A DNA stretch of 63,303 nucleotides, the filler included, from Octopus bimaculoides (lineage: Eukaryota): the NCBI RefSeq assembly GCF_001194135.2. It is 5 parts of 4 records of this genome, joined end to end, with 100 filler letters (N's around TTAATTAATTAA, not from the genome) between each part and the next. Parts side by side here need not be neighbours in the genome. Positions count along the whole stretch, not along the records: positions 1 to 27,075 come from NC_068988.1; 4 more parts are not named here. The stretch is one strand, 5' to 3'. The notes beneath the pieces were generated by a model that worked only from the letters and a program-made list of their open reading frames with translations, made no database searches and was not told the origin of the DNA. Shown in pieces: positions 1-10,761 of the stretch (position 1 is its first letter; every line of letters begins with the position of its first letter). The translations under genes were made by a program, and so were the position numbers.

Positions 1-89
1 ATATATATATATATAAATATCTCGTGGGTAAAGTACAAATCTGAAAAAGAAATACACTCTAAGTTATAGAGTAGTATAGGGCTGGTTTA

Positions 90-152
90 TGTGATTACTC
101 TAGGTTTCACATCCATAAAGCATTTAGCTTTACGACGTATCATCAGATCCCA
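90..152 (-). ncRNA. Type I hammerhead ribozyme motif in Penelope pLTR
   Basis: tgggat-CTGATGA-tacgtc gtaaagc taaat gctttat ggatgt-GAAA-cctagag-TA-atcaca: intact core, long stem II, minimal stem III, one mismatch in stem I. Confidence 0.75.
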
Positions 153-772
153 AAACCTGTTGGCTTAAAGCCACTCTACCGAGTGGCATTTTTAGAATGT
201 GGAGGGGGAATATACCTTGCTACTCAATGTCAGCAACAGGGATTAACTCCCTTTGGCTATCGATCACCAGTGACCCTGTTATCTTGTGGGTTTCAATAGG
301 CCAGCAGGAGTTAAGGATGGAAGTCCTTTGGAATCCTCACCTGTTCCGCTATGCATAGTTTACAGCACTTGGTCCCGTTTATGTAGGAGCCTGGATTTTG
401 TAAGACTCCCCATGATATTGTGCATGGAATCCTGTCATCTTTCAGTTGCCATACATGGCTGGCTAATGAAATAACGTATCTCTTTTCTCGTACCCTGCAG
501 GAGGACCTGTGGTTGGAGAGGTGTTGTTTAAACACATTCCCAGAACAGCCAACGTATCCCCATGGTCGAGGGTTGGTGGTGCTGTCGCTATTGGCGTTGG
601 CGTTGCTGCTACTGCTTTTGTTGGTACTGGCGCTGTTGGTAACAAGTGAGGTCACTGGTGATTGTTGGTCAAAGGGAGACAATCTCTGTTGTTCACATTG
701 AGTAGCAAGGTCCTATCCTCCTCCACATTCTAGAGAGGTCACTTGCTAGAGAGGCTCTAAGCCAACAGAGTT

Positions 773-820
773 TGGGATCTGATGATATGCTTTATGGATG
801 TGAAACCCAGGGTAATCCCA
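773..820 (+). ncRNA. Inverted copy of the same hammerhead motif
   Basis: tgggat-CTGATGA-tatgctttatggatgt-GAAA-cccaggg-TA-atccca: perfect 6-bp stem I and near-palindromic stem III, but a 15-nt deletion in stem II relative to the 90-152 copy. Confidence 0.6.
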
Positions 821-845
821 TAAGCCAGATTTATCTAACTTTATT

Positions 846-896
<51 letters not shown>

Positions 897-954
897 CGCA
901 GGAGTGGCTGTGTGGTAAGTAGCTTGATATATATAAATATATATATATATATAT

Positions 955-1327
955 ATCATCATTATCATCATCAGTTAACGTCCGCTTTCCATGCTAGCAT
1001 GGGTTGGACGATTTGACTGAGGACTGGTGAAACCAGATGGCTACACCAGGCTCCAATCTGATTTGGCAGAGTTTCTACAGCTGGATGCCCTTCCTAACGC
1101 CAACTACTCCGAGAGTGTAGTGGGTGCTTTTACGTGCCACCAGCATGGAGGCCAGTCAGACGATACTGGCAACAGCCACACTAAAAATGGCGTATTTTAC
1201 GTGCCACCTACACAGGAGCCAGTCCAGCAGCACTGGCAACGATCACGCCTGAATGTCTTTTCACGTGCCACTGGCACAAGTGCCAGGGAGGTGACGTTGG
1301 TAACGATCACGCTCGAACGGTGGTGCC
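955..1327 (-). mobile_element. Short copy of the RTE 3' UTR with (TGA)n tail
   Basis: Reverse complement of the 3' end of the LINE at about 29680-30019, e.g. ctggatgcccttcctaacgccaac and catgctagcatgggttggac. Confidence 0.85.
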
Positions 1328-1714
1328 ATCATATATTATATATACATATATATATCTTGCCTAAGTATTGCAACAGACTAATCACTTTGTGTAGAATTCA
1401 ATATATATATATATACTTCAGAACAAAGTGTTAGATGAGTATAGAGTGATAATAAGAAAAAGAAATGACTCAGGAAAAACAATGGCTATTGTAATGACCT
1501 TCATTAGCTTACAGTTGTTTCTGCTACAAGATGCAGTGGACTCTTAGTTGACTGCCTGAATAACATCCTATAGCTTCATAACATAATCACTGTTTTTCCT
1601 GTGTCATCTGTTTCTTTTATACATACATATATATATAAATACATATGTATAATTTACAAGGAAAGATCTGGAGAAATAGTTACCAAGGTATGTATGTATG
1701 TATGTATGTATATA

Positions 1715-1828
1715 TATATATTATAGCATCAGGCTGACTAAACCCTTGTGAATGTATTTCATACACGGAAATTGAAAGAAGACTGTCGTATATATGTGTA
1801 TATTTGTGTGTGCGTGTGTGTGTGTGTG

Positions 1829-1874
<46 letters not shown>

Positions 1875-2065
1875 TGTTTTTGTACCACAACAATTGCTTG
1901 ACAACTGATGTTGCTGTGCTTACGTTGCCATAACTTAGCGGTTCAGCAAAATATTCTGATAGAATAAGTACTAGACTTGAAAGAATGAATCCTGTGGTGG
2001 ATTTGTTCGAGTAATAGCTGTGCTCCAGCATGGTCACAGTCACATGACTGAAACAAGTAAAATAA
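1715..2065 (+). mobile_element. SINE family 1, diverged copy lacking its head, with internal (TA)/(TG) microsatellite
   Basis: Matches the body and tail of the copies at 15607, 42591 and 56338 (cttagcggttc..gatagaataagtactag..gctccagcatgg..acagtc). Confidence 0.8.
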
Positions 2066-2136
2066 TTAAAAAAAAACTATGCCATTTTAACCCTGAGCAA
2101 GGCCGGGTATGTCTGCTAGTATATAATAATTATTAC

Positions 2137-2245
2137 CTGGGCTGTAGGTACTGCTGTAACTCAGCTGCTGTCCATGTGGTGTCTTTAGAAGTAATGACCA
2201 ATAAGCCATCATCCTTCAGCAATTCCCAGAGTCGATAAAGCCAAG
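2137..2245 (-). CDS. OvoA: OvoA exon (most 3' exon visible): (A)WLYRLWELLKDDGLLVITSKDTTWTAAELQQYLQP
   Basis: Acceptor gatttatttacag| and donor |gtaata. 109 nt, phase 1 to 2. Matches the L...L..xGxLVI.S...W motif of class I methyltransferases. No stop codon, so at least one further exon is expected, probably left of position 1. Confidence 0.85.
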
Positions 2246-2371
2246 CTGTAAATAAATCAAATATATAGCCATTTGTCTGAGAGGAGAAGCATTGTAGTTG
2301 TTACTGGGTAATTTCTGATCAAGTAGACTTTTTAATCAAAAATAATTTATCCAGTTATACATTATATGTGT

Positions 2372-2757
2372 GGAGGCGCAATGGCCTAGTGGTTAGGGCA
2401 GCTGACTCACGGTCATAGGATCGCGGTTTCGATTCCCAGACTGGGCGTTGTGAGTGTTTATTGAGCGAAAACACCTAAAGCTCCACGAGGCTCCGGCAGG
2501 GGATGGTGGCGAACCCTGCTGTACTCTTTCACCACAACTTTCTCTCACTCTTACTTCCTGTTTCTGTTGTGCCTGTAATTCAAAGGGTCAGCCTTGTCAT
2601 ACTCTGTGTCACGCTGAATATCCCCGAGAATTACGTTAAGGGTACACGTGTCTGTGGAGTGCTCAGCCACTTGCACGTTAATTTCACGAGCAAGCTGTTC
2701 TGTTGATCGGATCAACTGGAACCCTCGACGTCGTAAGCGACAGAGTGCCAACAACAA
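2372..2757 (+). mobile_element. tRNA-derived SINE family 3, full length
   Basis: A-box TGGCCTAGTGG, B-box-like GGTTTCGATTCCC, (CAA)n tail; closely similar copy at 7249-7622. Confidence 0.88.
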
Positions 2758-3004
2758 TTATATAATGTATCTTTCATTTTTAAAGATACTAAGAAGTTAT
2801 TTGAGGGAGATTTGGTTGTTATTTCTAATCAGTCACATTTATAGCTAATGTAATTCAAAAATTTGGTTTCCATTGTAATCACATAGTAGATTTTCTAAGG
2901 TGTGTTGACTGAAATATATAACTTGACTTAATCTTTTAGCATTTGCACCGACCATATGGTCCAAATATTCTATCTGTTTTTGCTTTTTAGTTTTTTTTGT
3001 TCCG

Positions 3005-3177
3005 TTAGATCAGATTCAGCCTCTTGCAGCTATCCTATGTTGCTTACGACGTCAAGGGTTCCAGTTGATCCGACCAACGGAACAGCCTGCTCGTGAAATT
3101 AACGTGCAAGTGGGTGAGCACTCCACAGACACAGGCTGGAACCCTCGATGTCGTAAGTGACGGAGTGCCAACAAAAC
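3005..3177. mobile_element. SINE family 3 3' fragment, inverted segment followed by a forward tail
   Basis: 3005-3125 is the reverse complement of about 2660-2750; 3135-3177 repeats ctggaaccctcga..gtcgtaag.gacggagtgccaac in forward orientation. Confidence 0.8.
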
Positions 3178-3646
3178 TGAACCTAAATAACTTTTATTGT
3201 ATAATTGTAACCTCAAATAAGATCAGTTGTCTCATGCAGATCGACTATTTAGTTAAGAAAATGAGGTAACTTATTGTTAGAAAGATTTTTTGTTCTTATC
3301 AACCTTGTCTTTGGAAAATTATTCCCTATTTACATCTGCACAATATTTCAACCAGTTTGGTTGTTAATTAACATCAGGTGTCTAATTCCTGGATGTATTC
3401 TTAGCACCAAGTAACATTCAAACTTAGACCCTCTTACTTCTAAACTAAATGTAACAATGCTGTTAGTGCTTAAGAAGTTTTGAGTGAAGGTTTTAGACTA
3501 AGATGGTGAGACACAGTTTTATTCTTAGTTTTGATATAAACATCCTTAGTTCTAATCCAGTCTGGTACTATATACACATCCCAAAACAAGATATCCTATG
3601 GCAGTTGAGGGTTATTATTAATAATGTTAATATGTGTGGAACTTAC

Positions 3647-3725
3647 CTTTTGTATTCTGTAAACGCTCAAGAAATGTGACAAGGACCATGTTGTGTGAAC
3701 CCAGCTCCATGGATAACCAGGTTAA
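3647..3725 (-). CDS. OvoA: OvoA exon: [26 protein letters not shown]
   Basis: Acceptor catcttccag| and donor |gtaagt. 79 nt, phase 0 to 1; bridges exons 7983-8126 and 2137-2245 in frame. Confidence 0.85.
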
Positions 3726-3751
3726 CTGGAAGATGAATACATATATATTTG

Positions 3752-3816
<65 letters not shown>

Positions 3817-4510
3817 AAAAAAGTCGTCAGAATTTTGGAATAACTTTCATTTATTTTATACATATATTACCGCTTTCGTTCGTCTTTCGAACTTGTCAAA
3901 TATAATTCTGTGAAAATATAGAGATCTTGCTTATTTATATAAAACAAGTATTTTGGGGGGTTTTGTTTATAACAGAACATTGTTTTGTTTTTTTTTTGTT
4001 TTTTTGGGTGAGGCTTTGGAGACAATGGAAGATGTATAAGCAGATAGATAGATAGATAGACAGGCAGATAGAGAGATAGATAGATAGACTGGTAGNNNNN
4101 NNNNNNNNNNNNNNNNNNNNNNNNNNNNNNNNNNNNNNNNNNNNNNNNNNNNNNNNNNNNNNNNNNNNNNNNNNNNNNNNNNNNNNNNNNNNNNNNNNNN
4201 NNNNNNNNNNNNNNNNNNNNNNNNNNNNNNNNNNNNNNNNNNNNNNNNNNNNNNNNNNNNNNNNNNNNNNNNNNNNNNNNNNNNNNNNNNNNNNNNNNNN
4301 NNNNNNNNNNNNNNNNNNNNNNNNNNNNNNNNNNNNNNNNNNNNNNNNNNNNNNNNNNNNNNNNNNNNNNNNNNNNNNNNNNNNNNNNNNNNNNNNNNNN
4401 NNNNNNNNNNNNNNNNNNNNNNNNNNNNNNNNNNNNNNNNNNNNNNNNNNNNNNNNNNNNNNNNNNNNNNNNNNNNNNNNNNNNNNNNNNNNNGTAACAA
4501 TACCAACAAC

Positions 4511-4867
4511 TACAAATACATAGAAAGTGGTTCCCACATAAAATTCAAGAACGGATCTATTTTTAAAATAAATGCAGATATGAACTGCAAAACACAAAAT
4601 CTCATATACTGCATCACCTGTCCAAACTGTAAAGAAAATTACATTGGCGAAACGAATAACTCACTCTGTCAACGTGCAAGAATTCACAGGCAACATATCT
4701 GACAAGAAGAACTAAGAATGATTCCATTAAGTAAACATCTGGAAATATGCGGAGACGGAAAGTTCAAAATCTTTCCCTTTTATAAATGTACATGGGACGA
4801 TCCACAATACCGAAAGGCAATGGAACTACTCTTCATTAAAAAATTTCCCCCATATTTAAATGTTTGA
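4511..4867 (+). mobile_element. Penelope-like GIY-YIG endonuclease remnant (Neptune-like), one in-frame stop
   Basis: Manual translation: ...INADMNCKTQNLIYCITCPNCKENYIGETNNSLCQRARIHRQHI*...LSKHLEICG...ELLFIKKFPPYLNV*. Confidence 0.85.
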
Positions 4868-5332
4868 AAGAGAAAAAAGAAAAACCAATGTTGGTGTGTT
4901 TATGTCCCCGTAACTTAACAGTTCAGAAAAAGAGGCCGATAGAATAAGTACTAGGCTTACAAAGAATAAGTCTTGGGGTCAATTTGTTTGAATAAAGGTG
5001 ATGCTCCAGCTTGGCCACAGTCAAATCACTTAAGCAAGTAAAAGAAAGAATATATATATATATATATAATATAATATAGGATAAATTTATCGAGTAGTCA
5101 GCGTGAAAAAAACCTCAAAATGAAAAAATAACGAAAAATTTTCGTAATGAAAAAATTCATCATTTCATCATAAATATAAATACTTATATATAAAGGGCAT
5201 TAACTGTGTATTAATGTCTCACGCTTCGAGGGACTAAATAAGTCAAAAACTACCAAAAGAATAAGCAACATATTTACTGAAAGCGAGGGAATGCAGCTTT
5301 CAAAATTTATCTCTTAAAAACATTTAACTCAA

Positions 5333-5408
5333 CGGTAGACCACTGGTTTCTCAATCAAATACAGAAAAACTGTGAAGTAACCTGTATTCTTTTGTTCATC
5401 AGTACACG
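5333..5408 (-). ncRNA. Type I hammerhead ribozyme motif, sense to OvoA, intronic
   Basis: cgtgta-CTGATGA-acaaaagaatacag...ctgtatttgattga-GAAA-ccagtgg-TC-taccg: intact core, GUC triplet, stem I of 5 bp with one bulge, stem II with a 7-bp helix. Confidence 0.62.
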
Positions 5409-6263
5409 TATGGTCNNNNNNNNNNNNNNNNNNNNNNNNNNNNNNNNNNNNNNNNNNNNNNNNNNNNNNNNNNNNNNNNNNNNNNNNNNNNNNNNNNNNN
5501 NNNNNNNNNNNNNNNNNNNNNNNNNNNNNNNNNNNNNNNNNNNNNNNNNNNNNNNNNNNNNNNNNNNNNNNNNNNNNNNNNNNNNNNNNNNNNNNNNNNN
5601 NNNNNNNNNNNNNNNNNNNNNNNNNNNNNNNNNNNNNNNNNNNNNNNNNNNNNNNNNNNNNNNNNNNNNNNNNNNNNNNNNNNNNNNNNNNNNNNNNNNN
5701 NNNNNNNNNNNNNNNNNNNNNNNNNNNNNNNNNNNNNNNNNNNNNNNNNNNNNNNNNNNNNNNNNNNNNNNNNNNNNNNNNNNNNNNNNNNNNNNNNNNN
5801 NNNNNNNNNNNNNNNNNNNNNNNNNNNNNNNNNNNNNNNNNNNNNNNNNNNNNNNNNNNNNNNNNNNNNNNNNNNNNNNNNNNNNNNNNNNNNNNNNNNN
5901 NNNNNNNNNNNNNNNNNNNNNNNNNNNNNNNNNNNNNNNNNNNNNNNNNNNNNNNNNNNNNNNNNNNNNNNNNNNNNNNNNNNNNNNNNNNNNNNNNNNN
6001 NNNNNNNNNNNNNNNNNNNNNNNNNNNNNNNNNNNNNNNNNNNNNNNNNNNNNNNNNNNNNNNNNNNNNNNNNNNNNNNNNNNNNNNNNNNNNNNNNNNN
6101 NNNNNNNNNNNNNNNNNNNNNNNNNNNNNNNNNNNNNNNNNNNNNNNNNNNNNNNNNNNNNNNNNNNNNNNNNNNNNNNNNNNNNNNNNNNNNNNNNNNN
6201 NNNNNNNNNNNNNNNNNNNNNNNNNNNNNNNNNNNNNNNNNNNNNNNNNNNNNNNNNNNNNNN

Positions 6264-6310
<47 letters not shown>

Positions 6311-6320
6311 TATAAATTAT

Positions 6321-6900
6321 TAAGGTGGCTATTTGCAATTTAGAACCAATAAGCAACATGTACAGTTGTCACTAAAGGGATAGAGGGTGCTAGTAAGCAC
6401 CAGCGTTGCTAGAAATAAGAGTCAAAAACAACTCTTAGCCACGTGAGAGCACTTTTCTAACGGCTGACAAGGCTCCCTCCCTACGACAAGCAAGATGGAG
6501 TAATTTTTCTTCAGCTGGTATCAGACTTAATCAGTCTTCATCAGTGATCCATTACTCCGTCGACAAGGATTAAAGGACCTAAGTCATCTTGGCACCATAG
6601 GAAATATCCTCTGATTTCGAAAATGTTGAAGTGAGAATTATGAATAATTAAGGTGGATATTCACAATTTAGAACTGATAGGCAACATGTACAGTTGTCAC
6701 TCAAGTGACAGAGAGTGCTTGTAAGCACCAGCGTTGCTAAAAATAAATGTCAAAGCAACTCTTAGCTTGTTGTAAGGAGGGAGCCTGCCTCCCTCGTCAG
6801 CTATTAGAAAAGTGCTCTCACATGGCTAAGAGCTGTTTTGACTCTTATTTCAAGAAATGCTGGTGCTTACTAGCACCCTCGGTCACTTTAGTGAGAACTG
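6321..6900. mobile_element. Direct-plus-inverted repeat module resembling PLE pseudo-LTRs
   Basis: 6321-6440 is repeated directly at 6648-6765; 6765-6900 is the reverse complement of about 6362-6490; a decayed CTGATGA core lies at 6538-6544 on the minus strand. Confidence 0.6.
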
Positions 6901-7248
6901 CACACACAGCCACACAGACACACAGACACCCCCCCCCCACACACACAAATAAGTTGATAATTTATTTTTGAATGCAGAGATGCTGTTAGAATAACAGAAA
7001 CACTGGGTAAATTACCCTTACAAAGCGGAAAAATTTGACAAATTTATATATATATATANNNNNNNNNNNNNNNNNNNNNNNNNNNNNNNNNNNNNNNNNN
7101 NNNNNNNNNNNNNNNNNNNNNNNNNNNNNNNNNNNNNNNNNNNNNNNNNNNNNNNNNNNNNNNNNNNNNNNNNNNNNNNNNNNNNNNNNNNNNNNNNNNN
7201 NNNNNNNNNNNNNNNNNNNNNNNNNNNNNNNNNNNNNNNNNNNNNNNN

Positions 7249-7622
7249 ATGGCCCAGTGGTTAGGGCAGCGGACTCACGGTCGTAGGATCGCGGTTTCGA
7301 TTCCCAGACTGGGCGTTGTGAGTGTTTATTGAGCAAAAACACCTAAAGCTCCACGAGGCTCCGGCAGGGGATGGTGGCGAACCCTGCTGTACTCTTTCAC
7401 CACAACTTTCTCTCACTCTTTCTTCCTGTTTCTCTTGTGCCTGTATTTCAAAGGGTCAGCTTTGTCACACTGTGTCACGTTGAATATCCTCCGAGAACTA
7501 CGTTAAGGGTACACGTGTCTGTGGAGTACTCAACCACTTGCACGTTAATTTCACGAGCAGGCTGTTCCGTTGATCGGATCAACTGGAACCCTCGACGTCG
7601 TAAGCGACGGAGTGCCAACCAC
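7249..7622 (+). mobile_element. tRNA-derived SINE family 3
   Basis: Colinear with 2372-2757 along its length; the head starts at the edge of an N gap. Confidence 0.88.
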
Positions 7623-7982
7623 CAACCATGTGTGAGGAGGAGTAACTTCTTATGTTGACATTGCATGATGAGTGTAAACTAGTGTCATTTGTTTTTTTCC
7701 CAATCTCCCTTAAGCACCATGTCTGGCCACAGGGAAATATTATCTTGCATGGGAACAGGTAAGAGCTGGTGACAGGTAGGGAATCTGGCCATAGAGAAAA
7801 AATCTTCCCCAACAAATTCCACCAACCTATGCATGCATGGATGGAAAAGTGGATGTTCAAATGATGATGATGATGAGGGTGATATGCCATAAAGTAAGTT
7901 TTTTCACAAGACACATAAATGATGGTTAAAATGATGATGATAATGATGAGAGCTATGCAGTCAGTTTAATGTAAGATCTTAC

Positions 7983-8126
7983 CTGTTTAAATATGACATT
8001 CTCTCGACTCCATGAGGGATCAATTTCTACTTCTTTACCAAGACTGTAAGGTATAATGGTGCTTTTGGAAGATTTAATTTTCTCTGCGACTGACAGAAGC
8101 CTGTTGCTGTAGTCTATACCCAACAC
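7983..8126 (-). CDS. OvoA: OvoA exon, methyltransferase motif II: VLGIDYSNRLLSVAEKIKSSKSTIIPYSLGKEVEIDPSWSRENVIFKQ
   Basis: Acceptor gatactgcag| and donor |gtaaga. 144 nt, phase 0/0. Begins with V.GID.S..L..A. Confidence 0.9.
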
Positions 8127-8734
8127 CTGCAGTATCAATAGAAACGTCAGTTTGTATGTATTCATGTACGCGAGTACATACATGCACGTATGCATGTATG
8201 TATGCATGTATGTATGCATGTATGTATACATGTATGTATATATGTATATATGTATGCATGTATGAATGTATGTAATATGCATGCGTGTTCTCTTTCTCTT
8301 TTTAATTTAGAACACATTTTGACAGGCCACCTGCTTAGTAGCAAGGTTGTGAAGGAAAGCATCTTGTTTTAACCATCATCTTTTAAATCTTAAGAAAATC
8401 TTTCAGATTTTTATAGTCCCAGATAGCGTGATCATTTTTAGCATATGACTTAATGATTTGTGTTCTCTCTCCAAGATCCCAGGTTCAGCCATACTTGGCT
8501 CCAGACGGATTAGTATGTATCCTGTTGCTCCAATAATAATAGGTATGAATCTGAAAGTGTATCTTGGGTACTAGATTTGCAAACTCCTTATCAATGGTCT
8601 ATAGATGTCCTCTTTCTTTTGTATTTTTCTAACTATATTGGTGTTTTTTCCTTGTGGTCCTGTACAACAATATCTGTCATATTTTAACTTGGTGGCTGTT
8701 TTAAGTTCCTCACTGGCTCACTGGATGGTGTTGG

Positions 8735-10470
8735 GCACCTCAGAAATCGAGGTGGTTGGCACATCATTAGAGGAATATGAAAAGTTGATAGGAGCAAAAC
8801 TTAACCCGGAAAAGTCGGTGGGCTTGCAACTCGGCACCTGGAGAAGCAAATCCATACCGTCCAACAACGTCGCTGGGCGCTGGACGGACGGACCGGTAAA
8901 GTTGCTTGGGATTTGGTTCGGACTAGACCTCCAGGTGGATAAGAATTGGAACAAAGTGACGAATAGGATAGCTAGCCTCACCCAGAAATGGGCTGGGAGG
9001 AAGCTATCACTGAAAGGTCGAGTGGTGGTGGTGAATGCGTATATCGCGTCCGTCATCTACTACCGCTTGACCGTCGTGCCTCACCAAGTTAGAACGCCTC
9101 CTCTTCAAATTTCTGTGGAGGGGACAGGTTCCATTGGTGAGGCGGTCCATTTGCAGACAACACCCTCTACGCAGAGGGCTGGGTATGCCGTGGCTAATAA
9201 TGCGCAGACATGCGCTGAGGCTACGGCATCTCCAGATATTCTGCCTAAACAGTGAACAGGTGTGGTCGCTGTTTGTCAAACAAACCTTTCCACAGGTAGT
9301 CTCCTCGACTAAGCTGCAGTTCAGGCTCAAGAAGAGACTGAGGCGGGGTGACTGGCATCTGGAATGTTTCCAGGCACTCACTACTCTCTACCAGGCAGGC
9401 AATGCGATCAGTAGAACATCCACTTTTGAGTTTTATAAAGGGTTAGTGGAGTGAAAGAGCGATGACACACTTGGAGAGACGCTAGGCATTGACGAAGTTG
9501 AACTAACCAGTCTGTTCAGGAGGACTTTCGAGCCGGGGACGATGGATAACTTCCAGAAATCCTTAACTTGGCAGTGCTACCAGAGGGAGCTGCTGGTTCG
9601 AGATAAACTATACAGGCACGGAAGTGCCGTCAAACGGACATGCTCGAGATGCGTGCAGAGCGACGAAACTGTTCTGCACGCACTCATTCAGTGTTCTTGC
9701 ATTACTGACTGGTGGAGTTATGTTGAACAGCTGTCATCACGTGTAGGACGGATCCGGCTATCAGTCGAGTCCATAATGAAGATCGATCCGCTGCCNNNNN
9801 NNNNNNNNNNNNNNNNNNNNNNNNNNNNNNNNNNNNNNNNNNNNNNNNNNNNNNNNNNNNNNNNNNNNNNNNNNNNNNNNNNNNNNNNNNNNNNNNNNNN
9901 NNNNNNNNNNNNNNNNNNNNNNNNNNNNNNNNNNNNNNNNNNNNNNNNNNNNNNNNNNNNNNNNNNNNNNNNNNNNNNNNNNNNNNNNNNNNNNNNNNNN
10001 NNNNNNNNNNNNNNNNNNNNNNNNNNNNNNNNNNNNNNNNNNNNNNNNNNNNNNNNNNNNNNNNNNNNNNNNNNNNNNNNNNNNNNNNNNNNNNNNNNNN
10101 NNNNNNNNNNNNNNNNNNNNNNNNNNNNNNNNNNNNNNNNNNNNNNNNNNNNNNNNNNNNNNNNNNNNNNNNNNNNNNNNNNNNNNNNNNNNNNNNNNNN
10201 NNNNNNNNNNNNNNNNNNNNNNNNNNNNNNNNNNNNNNNNNNNNNNNNNNNNNNNNNNNNNNNNNNNNNNNNNNNNNNNNNNNNNNNNNNNCCCCCCCCC
10301 CCCCCACTTCCTATTGGGGAACTTTCATTGTTATATTCTTTTGTTGGATATCATTGTTATTGTTTTGTGTACTCGTTGTTTCTGTGTAAACCCCACCACT
10401 GTCCATGTCTACTGTATCGTCCCCTATATGTCGGCCCTAATAGCCAATAAATGAAATAATAAATAATAAT
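8735..10470 (+). mobile_element. Tx1/L1-like LINE, 3' portion with stops and frameshifts
   Basis: YEKLIGAKLNPEKS, KLLGIWFG, WAGRKLSLKGRVVVVNAYIASVIYYRL, and a CCHC knuckle (CSRCVQSDETVLHALIQC); AATAAA and A-rich tail near 10446-10465; internal N gap. Confidence 0.85.
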
Positions 10471-10510
10471 TATTATTATCATTATTACCATCATGAACAC
10501 TGTCACTCAC

Positions 10511-10761
10511 CTTTTTGAAAGTTTTTGACATATCGAATGCAACTCTACCAGAACTTGAACCAAGAACCAGTGCAGTCTTTGCCGGAATTGACCATTCTTC
10601 CATCAAACTGAGACCTTTTTGAAGAGCAACAGCATCCAGACTATTTTTGAAGCCATATTCCTGTAGTAAGACATCTTCAATGACCAACTTATCACTGTAC
10701 CTGTACTGGCTGTTCGCACTTACATTTACCTGTGAATAACTTTTCACAGGACTTCCATTTT
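10511..10761 (-). CDS. OvoA: OvoA exon, linker plus methyltransferase motif I region: (E)NGSPVKSYSQ...YSDKLVIEDVLLQEYG...TALVLGSSSGRVAFDMSKTFKK
   Basis: Pyrimidine-rich acceptor ...tttactgaag| and donor |gtgagt. 251 nt, phase 1 to 0, matching both neighbouring exons; aligns by eye to the OvoA Y.sD.l..qy....YG and ALDxGCAxGR..F.l...F segments. Confidence 0.9.

Larger units (their letters stand above)
61..842 (-). mobile_element. 5'-truncated Penelope-like element: GIY-YIG C-terminal remnant between inverted pseudo-LTR arms
   Basis: Minus-strand ORF 311-682 contains YVG....FKQH..NH.SS...LA.HVW.LK...I.W.VL....Y....K.C.LC..E...I. Arms about 61-275 and 650-842 are diverged reverse complements. 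Confidence 0.85.

Noticed and set aside
1630-1669. Possible last OvoA exon after tttctccag
   Set aside because: The phase fits but the translation (RSFLVNYTYVF) runs into simple repeat and lacks the expected C-terminal motifs.
2372-2450. tRNA-like heads with A/B boxes (also 7249, 15607, 42591, 56338)
   Set aside because: They run directly into SINE bodies and show no complete cloverleaf, so they are not tRNA genes.
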